64,000 nucleotides of DNA from Octopus sinensis. Lineage: Eukaryota. This document shows, piece by piece, positions 53,045 through 64,000 of the stretch; position 1 is the stretch's first letter; each line of letters starts with the position of its first letter. The DNA is taken from contig NC_043002.1 in the NCBI RefSeq assembly GCF_006345805.1, forward strand, positions 14,756,001 through 14,820,000, in the 5' to 3' direction. A program made the translations under genes and the position numbers. Under the pieces are notes generated by a model, which worked only from the letters and a program-made list of their open reading frames with translations, was not told the DNA's origin and made no database searches.

Positions 53045-53420
53045 CATATATACGAAGGGCTTCTTTCAGTTTCCTCTCCAATCCTCTCACAACGATTTGG
53101 TCGACTCGAGGCTATAGCAGAAGACACTTGCCCAAGTTGGCACGCAGTGGGACTGAACCCAGAACCATGTGGTTCATAAGCAAGCTACATACTTGTACTT
53201 GTGGCGACATTCAGCCTGGGCGGGTTGAGTCGGCTTCTTTTTGGAAGACGTTTAGTGGGAATATGTGAATTTCACAAGCGGTCCCCAACAATCCCGCATG
53301 TGGAAACATCTTGTTTGCCGCAGATTGTCCGCAGTCGCAGGGACAGAACGATCGAGGACCCGCCAGTTGCCGAATCAGACACTCCGAGGTACTTACCACA
53401 CAAGCACTCCTTTTTGTATG
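52800..53420 (-). mobile_element. SINE family B with head split by insertion 53189-53389
   Basis: AAGCAAGCTAC | insert | TACTTACCACAC. Confidence 0.85.
53189..53389 (-). mobile_element. Short GC-rich LINE 3' fragment (possibly RTE)
   Basis: Minus-strand 3' tail (ACAAGT)2; weak RDC..YSH similarity to RTE C-termini. Confidence 0.45.
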
Positions 53421-53573
53421 TTGATATGTATTAATATATATTTTTAAAATTAGATTTGTAACTATGTATGGCTATGTAAAAAAAAATGCTGATTGCTTAA
53501 TTTGAGGTTTTATTTTAATTCTTATATATTTTCTCTATCTTTTTATTTTCGCTCACTGTTTATATATGTGTTC

Positions 53574-53609
53574 CTTTCTGCTGCAGAGCGCAGGCTCGAA
53601 ACGTAAAAG
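53574..53609 (+). ncRNA. Hammerhead-like motif, A6C core variant (also A9C), same repeat family as 41763
   Basis: CTTT-CTGCTGC-A-GAGC(GCAG)GCTC-GAAA-CG-T-A-AAAG. Confidence 0.45.
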
Positions 53610-53825
53610 ACTTTCTCACCTCCAGCGCATTAAACTAATATACCTGTTTTTTGTTTACACAGCCACCTTCGTCATTTGTTTTGTTTGCTTTGTTTGTAAA
53701 TTCCAACTGTACACACACACATATATATATATTATAGAAATATGTTTAAAAAAAAAAGAAACTACACGTGGAAAATATATAGGGAATGTAAGAAGAAAAA
53801 AGGTGAAAATACATATTGAATATTA

Positions 53826-53864
<39 letters not shown>

Positions 53865-54887
53865 AATAAAATATTATTACCATTATTATTAATAATAAGC
53901 TGACCAGCAGGTTTAACCTAAATATGCAAAATATACAAATAAATTAGTGTTTAATGGAATAAATATTCTGAAAAATACATGAATACAGTAAGCTTGGAGA
54001 TGATCCTTATGTGCTATCGCACAAAAGGTGAAATCAGTTGATACCAAGATATCAGTTCTTGCTTTGTGGTTTCTACCAATGGTCAGGCCTATTTTTATTA
54101 TATTCGTTATATTCAGCTTGTGTGTTTCTTAAGAGTGGGGAATTTGTGGTTTCAGAGTGTTTACTCCTATTTCTAGCAAACTGATATTTCCGTAACCTGA
54201 TTTATTTCCGTACATATATGTGTGTTTTCTTGTGTGTGTGCACACGTATTTCTAAAGACAGGCGTATCGCGAACGTCCGTACAAATTATTATGTATGCGC
54301 ATATACAAGATTTAATCAGAATATGTATATTCATAAATAGTGTACATATAACTGAACATACACGTAAAACTGCAGAGAAAAAGAAATGGAGGCTAATAAG
54401 AAATGGCAGAATCTAAAATCTAAAGAAACAAATTACAAGAATGTGAAGGCCTTTTTATGAAGTCGTAAAACTGTCCATATACTGACATTTCTGAAGCATA
54501 TGCATATTGAGTCCTAACACCAGTTTATTACTATCGCTGTGGCTAAGCAAACTATAAATGTAAATATAGTGTGTGTGCCTGTGTCTGCGGATCGTGTCTC
54601 TGTCCATGCTTAATAGCTTTTTCAGACACACATATACACACAACATAATACTTATATACATATGTATACACACTCATACGCACACACACGCATATATGTA
54701 TATATATATATAGTGAGAGAGAGACATTCACATATACAGATAGATAGATAAATAGCTTTTGCTCTATGTGTGTATATCTATATACATATCTGTGTATATA
54801 CATGAATATTCATACATACACACACAACATCCATACTCACGTACACTCATACATACATGCATATATATATATATATATATAAATACA

Positions 54888-54975
<88 letters not shown>

Positions 54976-55057
54976 GAGAGAGATAGAGATAGAGAGATAA
55001 AACCCACGTACATACATATATATATACATACGGATATACATATAGATAGATAGATAA

Positions 55058-55110
<53 letters not shown>

Positions 55111-55439
55111 GGTGTCGGATCCCCGTAATTTTGTGTGTGTTAGTGCATAATATGTTTGTGTAGCATTGTTAATTGCAACATTTTGCTTTTGGTATGTTTT
55201 CTCGCTGCCGATACGCCTTCCACCATATCACAACCATCTTCCCCACCTACGATTCATATCCAACTTATATATCACATATCATTAATAATCCAGTAATTAT
55301 AAAATTCCATCTGACGCAAGTACAACGAGTTGTATCGTATTTCACTGACGTCAATACGAATAAAGTTTTCGCATATACACTGTATCGGAAAAAGGTTTCT
55401 TCTTCTCTTTCAGTTTCTTTAGTGTCATATTTCCTCTAG

Positions 55440-55582
55440 AATATTCCAATGCTGTGTTGAAGGAAACATCTAACCTGCTACCGGAAACAACAATTCTTAA
55501 TTCAAGTGTAATGAATCTTGAGAAATCTGAAGTCATATTTCGTTCGGATTATTTTTTTCCATTCGGAAATAATATTTGTCAG
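55440..55582 (+). CDS. Candidate internal coding exon (possible ANF-receptor/iGluR amino-terminal-domain-like)
   Basis: Acceptor ttcctctag, donor CAG|gtagtg, open phase 1-to-0 frame YSNAVLKETSNLLPETTIL..DYFFPFGNNICQ; similarity judged by eye only. Confidence 0.3.
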
Positions 55583-56461
55583 GTAGTGAAATCTTTATTA
55601 CATATATACACCGGATTCTATTATGTCAATTTGATAGACACTATTATTATTCAATATTAAATTTTCTACAACTTCGAATTTCTAATCGTACACTTGTAAG
55701 TAAATATATGTGTATCTTGTATATGCATCATCTACTTGAATTTGCTCTCGTTTACGTTATATTCTGCTGTGAGCGATAACATATATACCAGTAATGTGTT
55801 TACATTTCAAACTACGTATGTTGCATAAGACTCTGACACAATGCCAACCATGAGAAATACTATGGTAAAATGAAAACAATAACTTTGTTTCTGAATGTAT
55901 GCCGAAATTTTATTCACAACAATTTATATTCTAATCAGCTATCCATTTAAATGCTCTGCATTTGGGATATCGAATATATACTTATTTTTATTATACGTAA
56001 TCTGCATCATTTTATTGGGTCTTTATACATTTGCTTGTTACAATAAGTATATAAGATCCATTAAACTTCCTGTAGGGTATAATAAACATGTTAATGTCGG
56101 CCATTATTGTTGTTGTTATTATTATTATTATCATTATTATGTATATATGTAACAAAGAAGGATTATTGATTTATGTCGTGTAAGTTTTCTATAATAATTT
56201 ACTGCTGCTCATATATTGCCCTCTTCTTGTTCTTGTTCTTCTTGTTCTTCTTCTTCTACTACTACTACTACTACTACTACTCATCCACCTCCTTCTCATC
56301 CTCCTCCTCCTACTACTACTACTACTTATCTTCTTTTCCTCCTACCCTTTCCATTTCGTTTTTCTTTTTTCTTTTCCTTCTTTCTCCTATTTCCAGTTTC
56401 ACACTCGCATTTGTTCTATTTCGGTGTGCATTTTCCAAAATATTTCTTTTTAATAAAAGAA

Positions 56462-56856
56462 TAGGTGCAGGAGTGGCTGTGTGGTAAGTAGCTTCCTTAC
56501 CAACCACAACGTCCCGGGTTCCGTCCCACTGCGTGGCACCTTGCACAAGTGTCTTCTACTATAACCGACCAAAACCTTGTGAGACGGAAACTGGAAAAAG
56601 ACTGTCGTATATGTATATATATGTACATGTGAATGTGTGTATATGTTTGTGAGTCTGTGTTTGCCCCCACCCATATCGCTTGACAACCGATGCTGGTGTG
56701 CTTACGTACTTCTAACGTAACGGTTTGGCAAAATAAACGGATAGAATAAGTACTAAGCTAACAAAGTATATACTATGGGGTGTATTTGCTCGACTCAAGG
56801 CGGTGCTCCAGCATGGCCGCAGTTAAATGACTGAAAGAAATAAAAGAGTAAAAGAA
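56462..56856 (+). mobile_element. SINE family B, full length
   Basis: Head and tail motifs intact. Confidence 0.88.
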
Positions 56857-57227
56857 CAAGGTAATTGCATTGTTTGTTTATAATGAGCAGGACTAACATC
56901 TTTGCACATAATATTCGCCCCTTGTCGATTTTCGTTTTCAGTCACTGTTAATGTTATGCGTATGTCAAATATTGCGAAGTATCTTGTTTTAATATAGATG
57001 CTGTAGCCAAGCAACTAGGTACCTTTAGAAACGTTAGCAACAAACGATTTTTTACCCGGCTTGCTGTTATGTAAAACGATATACAGCTATATATTGTTAT
57101 CGAGACCATATAATCAGCTGGAGATAAAGATGAGCTGTAGCATTTATGTAGCAACTATATCAGTTAAAAACAATATATTACAAATTTCATTTATTCATAT
57201 TAATTAACTGAAAATAATAAATTAGCC

Positions 57228-57463
57228 CTTTTAAAGCATAACCAGGGTCATAGGCCCCGTTTCTCAGTTTCAATGGCGTATGTATTTGTCAGCTGGACGG
57301 GACGCCAGTCCATCGCAGAGTTACACATTTTTGCCAGCTAAGTGGACTGGAGCAACGTGAAATGAAGTTGTTTTTTCAAGAACAAAACGCGTCGCCCGGT
57401 CCAAGAATCGAAACCACAATCTTACGATCATGATGCTGACACCGTAACCACTAGGCCACGCGC
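57228..57463 (-). mobile_element. SINE family C (short form)
   Basis: Close match to 19651-19891. Confidence 0.85.
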
Positions 57464-60400
57464 TATGCGATGTTCTTACTAACCGCAGTCCACATTGGTA
57501 TAAAGTACATATTTCTCACAATCAATAAAACATTATTGTAGGTATTTTCAAACGAAAGAATAATCTAATAATGAAAATGCTATTTCGAAAATTACATCTC
57601 TAAAATGGAATGTGTAATTAGAATATTTCACAGTTAATCATAGTCAACGATAATTAAGGAACAATCGTATATTTTCATGTATTCTGTAAGCTGGAGATTT
57701 TTTCCCCTTTCGTTCAATTACTTTATCGTTATGACTATAATAATATCTATCTCTGAGCAGCGTCAGGCAATACCGGGACATTTCAAATGTGCTAGCCTTG
57801 CGTCGTATACACTATTTGTTACAATTAATATGAATAGATGTATAAGATAATATAGTCTATCTGAATGAACTGTGAGATATATATCGTTCTAAATGCGATG
57901 ATGTAATTCTAGGAATTATCATTATTGTTATTATTGTGATTATCATTATAATTAAAGAAAATTATAAATAATAGCTAAAACATTCATTATGGCGAATATT
58001 ATTGGCATTTCTTCATGTACAACAATTCCCTTCTTAGAATTTTTACTTAAGTTGTTGTTTCCCGATTATAATGTGTCTATCAGAATTTAATCTTATATAA
58101 GAGAAAATGAAACAATAATGTAATTTAAAGGCAATAATGACGTCAAGGTTTAAAATGCATTCAAATTAAGGATAAACTAATCAATAACATTTAAATATAT
58201 TTCTCTTTTAAATATCTGAAATTAATGAAATTAAAATAAAGACAACTCTAATTAACACACAATACATGATTGCATTTAAATTCGATTCAATGGCCAGGAT
58301 GTTTCTGCTCATATCATTGTACCGGTTATTAAAATCAAAACGAAATGATTGAAAACGAATGAAATTTGAAAGACGAAGATGATAAGTATGTTTATAATCT
58401 CATACACCATACTTGAAATCAAATACTGGAAGCATTCAATGTATAATAGAAAGTGTATGCCGTTTTAAATTAAATTCACTTATGTGTTGTTTTGCATTTG
58501 GAATTAACTTGTTCACGTGAAACAGAATTGATTTCAAGTGTTTATTTAATGATCCAAATCCTGTGTACTCACATTCACTCGGAACAAATGGAAAAAATAC
58601 TATAGTTATTTAGCAGCAGTTCAGCCTGTAAATGATATTAACACATCTTGAAGATGAAATAGTGTTTGTTTTTAAGTTTATTTTTATCGATTTTTGGTTG
58701 CAAATATTTTACGTTTGCTTCTACTTTGACAGATAATACTTGAAGCTTGACAATAAATTTTACTAATAAATATTATTAGCTGGAGGGAGTCTTTTCACAA
58801 AACAATGAATATTAATCATTTTAATTAGAAATATACGGAAACTTACACTTGAAATTTTCTCATTACCACTTCAGCATTCTATAAACAAAGGTGGCGGGGT
58901 ATCGATTTACTTTCGGATACCCGAATTTCAAGTATTGCATTACGGTTTTGCACATATCTCTCTACAGTTCGATACAATATGATTAATAAAATGAGCACTA
59001 AGCAAAATGACTTTGATCCCAAGAAATTGTATAGTGTGTGCTGTAGGAAATAACTGATACTTATTCCGGAAAGGCTCCCAAATCATTTTGAATATATAGA
59101 AAAGATATATATGTGTATACGTCTGTGTGATTTTATAGATTTCTATCTCTCTTCGTCTACCCAGTCCTCCAGCTGTTTGCAACAACAATTACTTCTTAAT
59201 CTTTGCTTCTCTTTTTTCTGCATCAGTAAAAGTGAAATTAATCAAATCGTTACCTTGATTGTGCGTACCTCATACTGATTACGCCCAAACACAGAAATCC
59301 AGGATCTATCAATTCCATCGTCACTATTGAGTGCGTTTCGTCTGCTGTAGATTCTTCTGTACAGTTTACATAACAAAATTGTGTTGCCGAGTACCTCTCT
59401 TGGTGTCCTGCTTCAAATCAGTCATATTATAGAGAGCATGTTCTCTCTATGATAATATCATCAAAGTTTCTCGTTGATGTTGGTGCAAGGGAATAAATTG
59501 TTAGAAGATGTCACTAAATGATTTTGCGGTGATTTGTAAATGCAGGTTAATTTGGAGTCAGTCAGTATTTCCATATACTGACCAGAATCAAGATATACTG
59601 GACTAGGGCGATGTGCTGGAAATACATTTTATCAGAAGTAATAACATCCAAGACAACAGTAATCTTTACAATAGAAATGAATTGCTGCACAAACACGCTC
59701 TGCTATTTAAGTAATAAGTAATAATGGATTTTATGTTTCTTTTTATTAACATTTTCATATATACGTTTACCGATGATTCGGAAGATATTAAGTCCAAAAC
59801 AAAATTCAAACATGCGCCTACTAACCGACGCAACGGCTCATTAAACACATTGAAATATTCATCTTGAAGTTTCGTTAATCCAGTATTGAGCAAGGAAACC
59901 CAACACCATGTTCAATAGAATTCTTTAAAAATAAAATTTCGGCAAAACTTTCGACTATTTGATACGGAAGAGGCATCGTATTTCATTCATAATTTTTGAG
60001 TCACAGCATTTCATTTGCTGTTTACGTTTTAGTATGGAAACAATGTTACTGTACGCTCTGATATTTGTAATGTTCTTCAATGCCTATCATTTTGCAGCTC
60101 GAAGATATGAATATCAATCTTGTTTCTAGGTCGGATTTACCCTGATCTTCCCACTGCTACATTTCATGATGCATCGATTTTAATTAATATTATGATTGCA
60201 CCATGTATCATCGTTGTGCACGAGAGCAAGCCTATCAAATGAATTCTTCACAAATAAATTAGAAATAACAGAAATGCCAGTTTTGACAAATCAATGCATT
60301 ACATTGAAATAGCGGATTCAAGTGTGAGCAATTTGAACAAACCACGCATTACTGTTATGGAGTAATTTAATATTTCAAACATTAATAACACTAAAACGCT

Positions 60401-60730
60401 TGCAAACATGTTGATGTTTATGTGATTTATAAAACACTTTTAGTTTTACTGTCGACAATAATTGCGCAAAATTGCTTAAATTCCGTGTATCATTTTCATG
60501 CTGTTGGTCAGTGGGGAAATTAACCAGTTTTATTTCTAACTTTTCAGTGCCTCATTTAATTTTATGTTAGTCGATTTTAATGTGCAAAATAAACAGTTAA
60601 AGAATATTAATATAAAACATTTTACTAAAATTGTTACAAGATTGCATGGTGCCATTGCTACGAAATAGCCAAATACTTAAATATGTTGTTGACTTTTACG
60701 CCATTAAATGTTGTTGACTTACACAATATT

Positions 60731-60732
<2 letters not shown>

Positions 60733-60828
<96 letters not shown>

Positions 60829-60848
60829 GATAATAATAATAATAATAA
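60733..60848. repeat. (AAT)n microsatellite
   Basis: Direct reading. Confidence 0.95.
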
Positions 60849-61519
60849 TGGCTGTCTTACATAAATATCTTTAATGTACAAAGAAATAAGCTTCAGTAGT
60901 AAAATATATTTGACAAAAATATTTTATTGTTATTTACTTCTACTTTTGAAGAACAAAGTTTTTTTCAATTTTCAATTCAGCCTACCTTTTTTAATTTCAC
61001 ATTTTTCACTCTTTAATTTTAAATTCCAGACATTTTATATAATTGACAAACACTAATAAAATCAAGACATATCTATTTTTCCGTTTCTTTCTCTCTAAAT
61101 CAGTCACCATTGAGTATCACATTTCCAAGTAATATTTTTACATTTGATTATCGGCCTTAATTTAGTTTCATATTAATGGCATTTTAAAATAAAGAGAGAA
61201 AATAATAAATATATTTTAAATTAAAATGAGCAAACTTGAATTTTATTGATTTTCAACAATGCTTCAAATTCAGGTTAATACATAGACACCAATACATGAC
61301 TGATATTTTACTTTCTGGACAAATGCTAAAAATGTAAACCATACACTGTTAGGATATTACTACACAACGTAAAAACCAGTAACTTCCTTGACGATTGCAT
61401 TAGATCCACATTTCTAACGATTCTATCACTCACCTATGGTATTCCTGCTAACAATCTAAAATATATTTTTACAATGATTACGTACGTAACTTATATTCTA
61501 ACGATACTCCTTACTCTTT

Positions 61520-61918
61520 TACTTATTTACTTGTTTCAGTCATTTGAATATGGCCATGCTGGAACACCGTTTTTAGTCGAGCAAATCGACCCCAGGACTT
61601 ATTCTTTGTAAGCCTAGTACTTATTCCATCGGTCTCTTTTGGTGAACCGCTAGCTTACGTGGACATAAACACACCAGCATCAGTTGTCAAGCGATGTTGG
61701 TGGGGGGGGGGACAAACACAGACACACAAACATATACACACATACACATATACATATATACGACATGCTTCTTTCAGTTTCCGTCTACCAAGTCCTTTCA
61801 CAAGGTTTTGGTCCACCCGAGGCTATAGTACAAGACACTTGCCCAAGGTGCCATGCAGTGGGACTGAACCTGGAACCATGTGGTTGTTAAGCAAACTACT
61901 TATCACACAGCCGCTCCT
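61520..61918 (-). mobile_element. SINE family B, full length
   Basis: Head and tail motifs intact on the minus strand. Confidence 0.88.
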
Positions 61919-62294
61919 AAGCCTACTATATATACAGATAGATAAAAATAAACGACAGATAATACATTGCTCAATACTGGTATGCTCTATTTTTTTCTCT
62001 GGATTTGTGGTTTCTCTTACATGCAAATAACAATTCAGCACACTGTCGTTATATGATTTCAAATACCGTTTCAAAAATTATATTGTATTTGATAAATTCT
62101 ATTAATCGAATATGTCTCGGATTTTTACTATATTGAAACTACTTAGCTTCAAGATAAATATTACAAATAACGAATCTCAATTAGATAGATATTGCACTTC
62201 TCAGACTACAAGTTCACTACTTCAATTATAAACGTTTATCATCTCAAGAAACGAAATAAAAATAAAAATATCCAGTTTAAAACGAAAATTAATA

Positions 62295-62430
62295 TATTCT
62301 TTTCTACTTTAGGCACAAGGCTCGAAATTTTCGGGGAGGGGGCCAGTCGATTAGATCGACCCCAGACCGCAACTGACACATACTTTATCGGCCCCGAAAG
62401 GATGAAAGGCAAAGTCGATCTGGGCGGAAA
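62295..62430 (-). mobile_element. SINE family A, 3' fragment
   Basis: CCCCGAAAGGATGAAAGGCAAAGTCGA is the reverse complement of the family A core. Confidence 0.75.
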
Positions 62431-62866
62431 TAGAAAAATAATATATTACATACACCCTTGTATAATTGCAAGAAAGCAATATTTTGGAAAATATCCGTCG
62501 ATATACTATTTTCATCAAATAAAGAAATGCGGATCAAGAATTTTGAATGCATTTCAAAAATTTAAGAGACAAATGGATGCGCATCACATGCGGTGATGTA
62601 ATTTCGAACAGCCTCACAAAAACCTATCATGTGAGAAAGAGAATAATTTGTATGTTTTACTTAGGTTTTCTTATTTCCGTCTTGATTAAATTCGCCTCGA
62701 TCAAATTTCTACCACATTATTTTGAAATCGACACAATAACATAAGAGAGGAATAGTTCTTCGATTTAATTGATTTAGCCAATCGAAATGTGACTTAATGG
62801 AAGAAGCATGTATGCCCACGCATTTACTTTAGCATAACTGACCTAAATGTTCCATATGTTATCTCC

Positions 62867-62958
62867 CAAATGTACTTTTGTTCCAAAATACACTTTTGTT
62901 CCAAAATACACTTGTGTTCCATAATACACTTTTGTTTCAAAATACACTTTTGTTCCAA
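62867..62958. repeat. 18-bp minisatellite, 5 copies
   Basis: Unit AAAATACACTTTTGTTCC. Confidence 0.9.
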
Positions 62959-63667
62959 GAAAAAAAATTTGTGTCACATTAGTTAAAGTCATTTATCTCG
63001 GCAAGTAAATCAATATTGTAAAACTATTGCTAACCGTAAGCTAGTGATGGATGGTGTAGTCAACTACTCAACATAGACAGTCCGAGAAAGTGAGAGAGAA
63101 TAAGAAAAAAATTGGACGGAGATATAAAGAAACAGAGATTAAGAAATAGATAAATTTTTTGCTAGCACCGATTAAGAAAAAGTTTAAAAAAACACCTTTA
63201 ATATATTCGTCTGAAAGATGTAGATGAAAAATACTTTACGGACACTGATACAGTCTGAAATGACAGAAGAAAGAAATAATGTAATAGATTTCTATTCTCA
63301 CTGGTCAATAGATTTTTAATAAAACCATCCATGTGAAATCTGTGCAAGTTTTGTCACTCATTGTTGCACTATATTCAATAAAATTTTAAATAATTTCTTT
63401 TGCGAATGCACAATCATATATATTTTAAATTATCAAAATATTTCATTTCACTAGTGACAGGTATGCTCTTAATCTTATTACTGTCCTTGAGTGGTACCGC
63501 GTAATCGTAAATGTTAATAATTTAGAATTTCAGCATCGTTCATAACGATACCAATCGCGACATAAGTTATATTGCTAGCACTCTTTCTATCATGGATAAA
63601 ATTATTTCCGACGAGTGGTTTCTAGTGTATGATCCCAACGGAATATTTTTGCACAAGCATGTGTGTA

Positions 63668-63734
<67 letters not shown>

Positions 63735-63849
63735 GTGTGTGTTCATGTATGTACGTATGCATGTATGCACGTATGCATGCATGTATGTATGTGTGCTTGT
63801 TTGTTTGTGCGTATGTATGTATAAATATATATATATATATATATATATA

Positions 63850-64000
63850 CGACGGGCTTCATTCAGTTCCTTTCTTGTATTCTAGTAAATCCACTACAGA
63901 GGTACCGCTTGATCCGATGTTGTAGTAGAAGACACTTACCCGAGGTGCCATGCAGTAGGAATGAACCCGGAACCATGTTGTTGAGAAGCAAGCTTCTTAC
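63850..64000 (-). mobile_element. SINE family B, 5' part running off the window
   Basis: GACGGGCTTC..AGAAGACACTTACCCGAGGTGCCATGCAG..GAACCATG. Confidence 0.8.

Noticed and set aside
58572-58624. Minus-strand 53-nt segment with strong splice signals
   Set aside because: Stops in all frames; cannot be linked to any transcript from sequence alone
62867-62958. CRISPR-like array
   Set aside because: No unique spacers, eukaryotic context, no cas genes

Overview
AT-rich, microsatellite-saturated eukaryotic genomic DNA, most likely octopus (inferred from recalled octopus-type tRNA-derived SINE families). No confidently complete host gene is visible, and almost all listed ORFs are microsatellite or transposon artefacts. 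The window holds decayed RTE, CR1/L2, mariner, Helitron and Penelope-like (PLE) elements plus about 20 SINE copies of three families. The main signal is at least 13 hammerhead-ribozyme (HHR)-like motifs in small PLE-type repeats. They include two sequence-divergent motifs with a compensatory U3-A8 core (one fused to a Penelope RT), an inverted pair with a 60-nt stem II, a palindromic mirror pair, position-4 and position-6 core variants, and a tRNA-headed SINE-like element with an HHR tail. Also notable are a 1.41-kb short-ORF retroelement with a 15-bp TSD inserted in a SINE head, a LINE/SINE shared 3' stem-loop, and a promoter-like cluster at the window start (tandem RFX X-boxes, CCAAT box, GC box). 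All folds, alignments and family names are by eye or from recall; nothing was computed or searched.
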